Assembly: GCA_021399345.1 (NCBI GenBank)
Contig: JAAFKI010000045.1
Span: 115,228-179,227 of the forward strand
DNA length: 64,000 nucleotides
Source of the DNA: Candidatus Heimdallarchaeota archaeon
GTDB lineage: Archaea > Asgardarchaeota > Heimdallarchaeia > Heimdallarchaeales > Heimdallarchaeaceae
Reading direction: 5' to 3'
Positions within the stretch are counted from its first letter, which is position 1. Each line of letters begins with the position of its first letter. Positions 57,270-64,000 of the stretch are shown piece by piece. The translations under genes and the position numbers were made by a program. Under the pieces are notes generated by a model that worked only from the letters and a program-made list of their open reading frames with translations, searched no databases and was not told where the DNA came from.

Positions 57270-58424
57270 ATGTTTATGAAAAATATAAAATTCTTTCATC
57301 TTGGACAATTTTTCGGTAAAAGAGCCTTGATTGCGACACTTCTCGGTGCTGGACTTGCCGTTGTAACAGAATATGTTCTTCCAAAGTTCGGAATTCTTGC
57401 TATACCCGCTATTCAATCCTGGATTACCCCCGCAACCATAACATTTACTCTTGCAGTAATTATCATATTTAGTGCAATTGCGAAAAACTTAGTAGCATCT
57501 ATTTTTATAGGAACAGCAGCTATTCTTTCTTTCTATAGTCCTTACATAGCAGGAATTTACGATTATGGCTTTTGGTCAGTTGTAATAATTTACCTAGTCA
57601 CCGCATTTTTCTCAGGATTATTTGCAGCAATAGAAATGTCTGGAAGAACAGCTCTGTTAGTTGTCGGAATTGTATATGGAATACAAGGATTCATTGGTGC
57701 AGGGACTAGTATGTTCCTTAGTTTAACTAATATGCAACAACCGTTTCTCGATAATAATCTCGGAATTGCATTTGGTGAGACGATGGGTTCATTTCCATTG
57801 TATGATGTGATAGTAGGAGGATTTTCATTTATCTTCATGTTAGTTTTTATCATTCTTTCTCGTAGAAGATATTCAATTGATGTTGATAACAAAAAACGTG
57901 AAATAATTGGTCAAATCATAATATTTCTAGCAATAGTTGGAGCAATACTTTTCATTGTTTTATCTAACGTTATGTTTGATCAGACTTCTGCAGAGTTAAT
58001 TTTTGGTGAAAAAAATACTAGATTCATGAATCTTCTTTTTGCTAAGAATCTTACAGGTGGATTTATGGCGATTAGATTGCTTAATGTGTTCTATATTCTA
58101 CCCATTGTAGGTTTTGCTATTGGAATTGGAATGCTTTTCATCATACATGGAAGAGCAGAAGGTACAACCGGTCACTTTAGAATGAATTTTGAAGGACCTT
58201 TATTACTCCTCAATGTTGTCCCATTCTTAATAATTGCATTCTATAGTTATCCTGTTCAAAGATTCTTTGCAGGAGATGCTCCAGTAACAAATTTCTACCT
58301 TGAGATGCCTACTTGGTTTACACTATTCACCGAATATACAAGTCTATTACTCATAAATCTATTAGTTGCATACATAATTTTCAAAATAGTTTCTTTAATT
58401 AGAAATTTGATTCAGAAGAAATAA
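57270..58424 (+). CDS. polytopic membrane protein of unknown function
   Basis: 384 aa with about ten hydrophobic segments. Confidence 0.7.
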   Translation: MFMKNIKFFHLGQFFGKRALIATLLGAGLAVVTEYVLPKFGILAIPAIQSWITPATITFTLAVIIIFSAIAKNLVASIFIGTAAILSFYSPYIAGIYDYGFWSVVIIYLVTAFFSGLFAAIEMSGRTALLVVGIVYGIQGFIGAGTSMFLSLTNMQQPFLDNNLGIAFGETMGSFPLYDVIVGGFSFIFMLVFIILSRRRYSIDVDNKKREIIGQIIIFLAIVGAILFIVLSNVMFDQTSAELIFGEKNTRFMNLLFAKNLTGGFMAIRLLNVFYILPIVGFAIGIGMLFIIHGRAEGTTGHFRMNFEGPLLLLNVVPFLIIAFYSYPVQRFFAGDAPVTNFYLEMPTWFTLFTEYTSLLLINLLVAYIIFKIVSLIRNLIQKK

Positions 58425-58451
58425 TCAATTTATTTCTTTCTTTTATCTTTT

Positions 58452-59699
58452 TCAGGTAACGATAAACTCATGGCCATCATATGAAGCAGTTTGATCTCCG
58501 CTATTTCTCTGTATTAATCTTTCTTTCATTTTGGGATTGAGACCAAATAAGTAAGATCTTCCTTTTTGACCTTTTAGAACGACTATATTTTTCTCTTTTA
58601 ATCGTTTAAGAAAGCTCTTAGTCCCCATATATTTGCTTCGGTATTCTGAGGAAGGTAATTCTCCATAGAGATAAAGGGTTATTTCCTTTGCAGAAGCATC
58701 TTTGTGAATAAGATACTCACACACTTGTCTTTCTCTATGTGGTAAGCTATTCAAGACTTGTTGGTATAAAAATTTCTCATGGTCATCCATACCATCTTGC
58801 ACAGTAGAACGGGAGAAGAGATCTATTACATCAATAACATCTTCATGGCTTACACTTTTCGAGCCTTTTTTCTGGGAATACGAGTAAGCGTCAGATAGAA
58901 TAGAAATTAAAATCCATGGATTTCCTTTTGATTTGTTCCATGCTTCCTCTATTGCCAACTCCGAAAAGACCTCTGTCACTTTAAAGGATGATTGATTTAA
59001 TGCATAACACATCCGAGAACGAATTAATTCTTTCGCTTCCTGAAGTGACAATTCAGAAACTTTAATCGAATATGTAAAATGATCCCACCCACCATTTTTT
59101 AAGCCGTTTAAACTTATTGGCATATCACTGAGATTGAATGATATGACACAAGAAAAGTTTTCTCGTAGTAATTTTAGTATTTTGGCTGAATATTGGGAGA
59201 TAGCAAAAAGATTATCTCCTGTGAAATTATCAAGTAAAACTACAAGTAGTGAGTTTGTACTCATAACGTATTTTTTTAACTCTACTATTATTTGCTCTTT
59301 TGTGGAGTAATATTTTCCAAGTACTTGATCTGCAATATTTTGAAGAAAATTAGTTAGAGTATATTCTTTGAACTCGTCGGAAGTGAAATTCACAATGAAT
59401 ATTTTATCAAAATCTGCATACTTCCAAAGAGATTCTTTTAACCCGTCATTTAACAAATTCATCAGATAAGATTTTCCTGATTTAATATCCCCCATTATAG
59501 AACAAACAGATTTACCGTTTTTTATTATCTGTACTAGACGTGCAACTTGAATGTTGAGTTTTTCTGATGATATATACAATTCTGGAAGAGGGTTCATTGT
59601 CCAAGGATCACGTCTAAACTCCTGATCCTGTACATTGAAATTTTCATCAGTTATATATTGTGAAATTTTGAACACTTTATCTAGTAGGTTTTCTAACAA
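58452..59699 (-). CDS. divergent Orc1/Cdc6-like AAA+ ATPase with C-terminal winged helix
   Basis: Collinear with Orc1/Cdc6 by eye: PLPELYISSEKLNIQVARL, Walker A GDIKSGKS, Walker B LLVVLLDNF, sensor-1 ISFN, lid SIKVSELSLQEAKELIRSRM, sensor-2 region KGNPWILISILSDAY, WH LNSLPHRERQVCEYL...IVVLKGQKGRSYLFGL. Confidence 0.6.
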   Translation of the reverse strand: MLENLLDKVFKISQYITDENFNVQDQEFRRDPWTMNPLPELYISSEKLNIQVARLVQIIKNGKSVCSIMGDIKSGKSYLMNLLNDGLKESLWKYADFDKIFIVNFTSDEFKEYTLTNFLQNIADQVLGKYYSTKEQIIVELKKYVMSTNSLLVVLLDNFTGDNLFAISQYSAKILKLLRENFSCVISFNLSDMPISLNGLKNGGWDHFTYSIKVSELSLQEAKELIRSRMCYALNQSSFKVTEVFSELAIEEAWNKSKGNPWILISILSDAYSYSQKKGSKSVSHEDVIDVIDLFSRSTVQDGMDDHEKFLYQQVLNSLPHRERQVCEYLIHKDASAKEITLYLYGELPSSEYRSKYMGTKSFLKRLKEKNIVVLKGQKGRSYLFGLNPKMKERLIQRNSGDQTASYDGHEFIVT

Positions 59700-59779
59700 T
59701 GTATCCCCATTGAGTATTCACGAATTTTCTATATATAGTTTATTAATAAGGAAATGGTGGAAAACACTAGTTTAAACCT

Positions 59780-60910
59780 GTGGATTTAATCGGAAAAGAT
59801 ATTAAGCTAGTTATTGATTTATCACGAAAATCAATGTACTTTTCATCAGCACCTGCCAGAGTTTGTTTGTTTGGAGAACATCAAGATTACTTGGAATTGA
59901 AAGTTATTCCCGCAGCAATTAATTTACGTCTTCAAATAACTTCACAAAAAATAAGCGGAAACGTAATTAAGGTACACAGTCAAGATTTGGATGAAACAAC
60001 CCAAATTAGAATGAATATCAAATATTTAGAAGCAGAAAAAGGTTCTCTAAAATCATATCTAGAAGCTGGAATTCTTGCTCTGAAAATGCTCAAACAAGAT
60101 ATTATCATTCCTCCTTTAAACGTAACTGTAAGAAGTCAAATTCCTATCGCAAGCGGTCTTTCCAGTTCAGCAGCTCTTCTAGTTGGATGGATAAAACATT
60201 TGGCAGGAATATTAGAGCTAAACTTGGATGAAAGAACAATCGCCGAGTTAGCTTATAATGCAGAACATAATATCTTAAAAATACCATGTGGAAGAATGGA
60301 TCAATATGCTTCATCATTCGGGGGAATTTTTAGCTTAATATGTAAAGAAAAACCTACTTTGAGCAGATTAAAGTATCCAAATTTAGGCCTGATTATAGTA
60401 AATAGTCAAATTCCCAAATTAACTAGCACTGTTCATGGGGAAAAAGTTGCAAAGATTAAGCAAGTTGTTGATAATTTCAATAAAATGTTTAATAAGAAAC
60501 TAGAAGACATTACTACAGATTTTCTTCAAGAATCGAAAGAAAAAATAAAATCAGATGAGTTCAAAATACTGAAAGGTGTTGTTTCAATAAAAGAGAATAC
60601 TTCAATAGCAGAAAAAGAATTATTGAAACCAACTCCTGATTTAGAACTACTTGGTCAGCTTCTAACAACACAGCATAATTTATTGAAAAACAATATACAG
60701 GTTTCTCTACCATTACTAGATAAAATTGTTGAAAAGGGAATAAAAAATGGTGCGATGGGAGGAAAATTAACTGGAGCAGGATTAGGCGGAAGTGTAGTTC
60801 TTCTCATTGAGGAGACAAATGAAAAAATTGTTGAAAAGATTAAAAATGATTTGAAACTTCCCGCATATTCAGTGAGAATAGATAAAGGAGCTGTTTTTGA
60901 AGTAATTTAA
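59780..60910 (+). CDS. GHMP-family sugar kinase, galactokinase-like
   Basis: Galactokinase-type N-terminal signature APARVCLFGEHQDY, GHMP motif PIASGLSSSAALLVG and C-terminal motif GGKLTGAGLGGSVV. GTG start. Confidence 0.8.
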   Translation: MDLIGKDIKLVIDLSRKSMYFSSAPARVCLFGEHQDYLELKVIPAAINLRLQITSQKISGNVIKVHSQDLDETTQIRMNIKYLEAEKGSLKSYLEAGILALKMLKQDIIIPPLNVTVRSQIPIASGLSSSAALLVGWIKHLAGILELNLDERTIAELAYNAEHNILKIPCGRMDQYASSFGGIFSLICKEKPTLSRLKYPNLGLIIVNSQIPKLTSTVHGEKVAKIKQVVDNFNKMFNKKLEDITTDFLQESKEKIKSDEFKILKGVVSIKENTSIAEKELLKPTPDLELLGQLLTTQHNLLKNNIQVSLPLLDKIVEKGIKNGAMGGKLTGAGLGGSVVLLIEETNEKIVEKIKNDLKLPAYSVRIDKGAVFEVI

Positions 60911-60921
60911 AAGAAAGAATC

Positions 60922-61779
60922 TTAGATTTCGTAATGCAGAATGGTTTGTGCTACTTTAACAGCTTCTAAAGTAGGCTTTACATCGTGAGTTCTAATGATG
61001 TGAGCACCATTTACAAAAGCAATTATAGTTGCACCCAATGTCCCAAAAAGCCTTTGATCAGGAGGTGCATCATTTAGTACCTTGCCTATTGATGTTTTTC
61101 TGCTTATACCAACATAAACAGGTTTGTTCAGTATCCTGAGTTCTTCTAAATTCTTTATAATTACATAATCATGATGGTAATCTCTAGCTTCCCAGCTACC
61201 AATACCAGGGTCAATAACGATTTTTGTTTCATCAATACCGTATTTAATACCAATTGCAATACTTTTTCTTAGTTCAGTGATGATATCATTAATTAGATAT
61301 ACATCGCCTGGCTCAGTTCTAGCGGCCATAACAACAGCTGTTCCATCAAAATCAGCAATACATTTAGCTATTTTTTCTTCTTTCTTAAAACCAGAAATAT
61401 CGTTTATGATGTTAACTCCCTTATTCAATGAATGTTCAGCAACTGCTGAACGTTGAGTATCAACTGAAATTTCAATACTGTTGTAACTACTTAGAACATC
61501 CATTGTTACTTCCAATGTTTCCTTAATAATTTGAAGTTCTTTTATTTCATCTACTCTACCTTCACCACCATAAATCTGAATAGGTCTAGTAGATTGAGCG
61601 CCTAAATCAATGCCATGCACACCTTCGTTTATCATGTTGGCAACCATTTTTTCTAAATCATCTGATGAAGAAACTATTGATCCTAGATAGAATGATGCCT
61701 CTGATAGATTAACTACTCCAATAATTTTTGCAGGATGTTTATCTCCAACTAATAATTTGCCCAAAAATCCTTCAATCAT
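60922..61779 (-). CDS. folP: dihydropteroate synthase (pterin-binding TIM barrel)
   Basis: IGVVNLSEASFY, GIDLGAQSTRP, INDISG, VIDPGIG, VGISRK, GAHIIRTHDV. Confidence 0.88.
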   Translation of the reverse strand: MIEGFLGKLLVGDKHPAKIIGVVNLSEASFYLGSIVSSSDDLEKMVANMINEGVHGIDLGAQSTRPIQIYGGEGRVDEIKELQIIKETLEVTMDVLSSYNSIEISVDTQRSAVAEHSLNKGVNIINDISGFKKEEKIAKCIADFDGTAVVMAARTEPGDVYLINDIITELRKSIAIGIKYGIDETKIVIDPGIGSWEARDYHHDYVIIKNLEELRILNKPVYVGISRKTSIGKVLNDAPPDQRLFGTLGATIIAFVNGAHIIRTHDVKPTLEAVKVAQTILHYEI

Positions 61780-61791
61780 AACAACATCTCT

Positions 61792-62583
61792 TTATTCATT
61801 TGTTTTGCTAATATAAGGTCCCATAAACATACATTCTTCAGGAGAGATAAGAGTGTTGAGATCCATTTCTTCATCTTTGGATATTCTTACCATCGGAAAA
61901 CCTCTGATTATTGCAAAAGGAATCATTTCATCTGTTTCTCCCATTACAATTTCTGCAGCTGTTGCTAGTTGATCAGCTATTGCTCTAACTGTAATATGCA
62001 TGGGTCTTCCAAAGAGATCATTTTTCCCTCTCACATCAAGAATTGATAAAAAACCATAAGTAGCTAATGCGCAACCCACTGTCCCTAATCTCAAAGGTGT
62101 AGTTCTTGAATCAGCTATGATAATCCCAACATGCTTTTTCACTTTTTCAAAAATTCGTTTGTGAATATTCTCTGCTGATTTCTTGCAATTTCTTGGTAAA
62201 AGGATTATCTTCTCTTTTCCAGAATTCGATTGATCTGCTCCCGCATTTGCTAATAGACCATACTTGTTAATGGTAGTAATTGCCCCAGGAACAGCCCCCG
62301 TATAATTACCATTAGATTCATCTAGTATAACTTGAGCAAATTCCGGTTCCATATGGGCATTCTTAGCAAGTTCAATTGCTTCTTTAGAAGGTTTAATAGA
62401 TGAATATGACACGATACCATCTTCGACAACTGCAACTACTTTACTTGCAATGACAAGAATATCATCATCTCTGAACTCTATTTCACTTACTCTAAGTGAC
62501 TCCTCAAGAATAGAAAGTAAATCATCACTTTCTTCTACTAATTTGTAAGAGGGTATAGGTATAATCTCCAAATTTGGCATCAT
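61792..62583 (-). CDS. cofE: CofE-family gamma-glutamyl ligase (F420-0:L-glutamate ligase-like)
   Basis: DDDILVIASKVV, LANAGADQSNSG, HVGIIIADSRTT and GKNDLFGRPMHITVRAIADQLATAAEIVMGET align by eye with the CofE blocks DGDVLVV.S.V, NAGID.SN, GVIITDTNGR and GR.DLYGR.L.VT...ADE.A..A.L.MGE. Confidence 0.85.
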   Translation of the reverse strand: MMPNLEIIPIPSYKLVEESDDLLSILEESLRVSEIEFRDDDILVIASKVVAVVEDGIVSYSSIKPSKEAIELAKNAHMEPEFAQVILDESNGNYTGAVPGAITTINKYGLLANAGADQSNSGKEKIILLPRNCKKSAENIHKRIFEKVKKHVGIIIADSRTTPLRLGTVGCALATYGFLSILDVRGKNDLFGRPMHITVRAIADQLATAAEIVMGETDEMIPFAIIRGFPMVRISKDEEMDLNTLISPEECMFMGPYISKTNE

Positions 62584-62650
62584 GTTACTATGAATTATAT
62601 ACTTAAAAAAATTCTTCGGCTGATGTTAGTTTTAAATAAGATTCTGGAAT

Positions 62651-63490
62651 TTAAGCCAGAAAAGCTGCTAGTAACCACGAAATTGCTATGATAATTACAG
62701 CAACCACATTCAGAACAGCATATAGATTGGATGTTTCTTCATTGTAAATGTGATTAACATCTCTTACTATTTCATTCAATTTTGTATCAATAGATTCAAG
62801 AATGTCTTTACCTTCTCCTCCTTCAGTAAACTGTTCAGTTGAGGTGCTTAAAACATCAATAAATCCATGTAACATTTTTTTGTCAACTTCAAGCAAAGTA
62901 GGCGATGTAATTGTATGCAGTTTTTCGTGTAACCGTTTAACTTCTTCTAAAGTTAACTGTGGTATTTCCCATTTTATATTAAATTCAACTAAATTTGCTA
63001 GATGAGTGGTTAAATTATCATAATATATTCCAAAAGGTATGGCCTTGTAATCTAATTCATTAACCAATCTAAAGAATTTTATTTCTAAATCCTCTTGTTT
63101 TGATGATTTATAATATTTCGAAGGGTCAACAACCAATGCTACAGCTTGAGGGAATAGGTTCTGATAGGTTCTTTGAGTTCCTTTATCTGTTCCTGAGAGG
63201 AAGCAACCATATGAAGGATGAGTATGAGCCCAACCAACAATGGTTTCATCCTTATCCCTTTTGTACAAATCTTCAACAATCTGAACCAGAGCTTCATCAC
63301 TAAGAACTACATATGTTGATGTTTGTTCTTGTCTTCCAGTATCAAAATCAGTAATTACTAATGTTCCCTCATCATTAACATAACCTAACAATAAACCCGC
63401 TGATTCTTTTGATTTATCTAACGAATCAACTGCTAGCATCTTAGCTAAAACATATGCGGAAATTAGAATCTCCTTTTTTGAGTGAGTCAT
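62651..63490 (-). CDS. JAMM/MPN+ metalloprotease with C-terminal transmembrane (tail) anchor
   Basis: ESAGLLLGY (upstream Glu) and VGWAHTHPSYGCFLSGTD give a complete E...H-x-H-x7-S-x2-D JAMM motif. Helical middle region; C-terminal LYAVLNVVAVIIIAISWLLAAFLA. Confidence 0.85.
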   Translation of the reverse strand: MTHSKKEILISAYVLAKMLAVDSLDKSKESAGLLLGYVNDEGTLVITDFDTGRQEQTSTYVVLSDEALVQIVEDLYKRDKDETIVGWAHTHPSYGCFLSGTDKGTQRTYQNLFPQAVALVVDPSKYYKSSKQEDLEIKFFRLVNELDYKAIPFGIYYDNLTTHLANLVEFNIKWEIPQLTLEEVKRLHEKLHTITSPTLLEVDKKMLHGFIDVLSTSTEQFTEGGEGKDILESIDTKLNEIVRDVNHIYNEETSNLYAVLNVVAVIIIAISWLLAAFLA

Positions 63491-63538
63491 CTCTCAAATA
63501 TCCATTGTTTTCGTCTATAAAATATTTACCCTTCCCTT

Positions 63539-64000
63539 TCATATAAAACTATTGATTTCCTTTCCTATAGGTTGCTCTGTCAGGAAATAGTAAGCGAAAT
63601 CTTTGAGAAGTTCAATATTTGGATTGTCAGCAGGTAAATTTTGGACTGTGGTTTTATCCAATATATCCATTAATGCCCAGATTGCCAAGAATAGGTCTAG
63701 AGGAAATCCTTTTGGATAGAGTGTTTCCAACGGTTGAGAGTTTATTTCTCTCAAGTGTACACTGTATCCCAAAATGAACTGTTTGATGTCTTCTATGGTG
63801 ACAGGGATTCCTTTTGATTCTCTATATTCAAGAAATGCTTGTCTCCCGAAAAATGTACCAATATCTTCAAACCTATCAAATGCCCCTTGCATCCAAAAAG
63901 TTGGATCTATGAGAGCTATGTTTAATACTTCGTTCTGAGGAGAAGCTCTAATCATAAGATTACTCTGATGAAAATCTCCAAAAGCATCACTTCCACCTTG
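63539..64000 (-). CDS. protein-kinase-like (APH/choline-kinase-type) phosphotransferase, C-terminal part (5' end beyond window)
   Basis: The reading frame stays open upstream of the track's Met to the window edge: QGGSDAFGDFHQSNLMIRASPQNEVLNIALIDPTFWMQGAFDRFEDIG. This resembles the hGDxhxxN catalytic loop plus the IDx metal-binding motif of APH-type kinases. Confidence 0.5.
   Translation of the reverse strand, partial: QGGSDAFGDFHQSNLMIRASPQNEVLNIALIDPTFWMQGAFDRFEDIGTFFGRQAFLEYRESKGIPVTIEDIKQFILGYSVHLREINSQPLETLYPKGFPLDLFLAIWALMDILDKTTVQNLPADNPNIELLKDFAYYFLTEQPIGKEINSFI

Noticed and set aside
58425-59779. Replication origin next to the Orc1/Cdc6-like gene.
   Set aside because: Flanking non-coding DNA is only 27 bp and 80 bp, with no repeated ORB-like elements and no extended AT-rich unwinding region.
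1-64000. CRISPR arrays, transposases/integrases, prophage or defence islands, and rRNA/tRNA genes.
   Set aside because: I saw no direct-repeat/spacer periodicity, no DDE/tyrosine-recombinase-like ORFs, and coding density is high with housekeeping content throughout. I cannot exclude short repeats without a computational self-comparison (dot plot), which would be the decisive check.

Overview
AT-rich (by eye about two-thirds A+T, not computed), densely coding archaeal chromosomal window. I can support about 53 protein-coding genes. I recognised no rRNA, tRNA, CRISPR array, transposase or integrase. Intergenic spacers are short; the longest are about 290-320 bp, and none has the GC-rich look of a structured RNA. 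The backbone is archaeal information processing: TFB, primase PriS/PriL, a Y-family polymerase, XPD/Rad3, a RecJ-like DHH nuclease, ArgRS, archaeal-type AlaRS, Cgi121 and a divergent Orc1/Cdc6-like ATPase. Core metabolism is also present: glutamine synthetase, pyruvoyl arginine decarboxylase, AMP phosphorylase, GalT, a galactokinase-like GHMP kinase, GH57, DHPS, CofE, thioredoxin and ABC exporters. Domains usually counted as eukaryotic-signature are scattered among these: three to four Roadblock/LC7 or longin-like genes, a RING-type finger, a JAMM/MPN+ protease and a lamin-tail domain. Together with the AT-richness this suggests an Asgard (Lokiarchaeia-like) genome, but that is inference only. 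The loci most worth a second look are: (1) 47744-49765, about eight tandem winged-helix-like repeats fused to a zinc ribbon and a C-terminal RING-like finger; (2) 22985-27199, a same-strand TPR / PD-(D/E)xK / double longin-roadblock / roadblock / acidic-protein cluster with no GTPase partner in view; (3) 20789-22909, a RecJ-like DHH protein with a DnaJ-type CxxCxGxG zinc-finger array and OB folds; (4) 62651-63490, a tail-anchored JAMM/MPN+ protease; (5) 30174-32213, a secreted PLD (2x HKD) plus lamin-tail protein; and (6) 58452-59699, an Orc1/Cdc6-like ATPase with a Walker B D-N. All family calls come from motif reading by eye. No database search or structure prediction was possible, so novelty is unverified.
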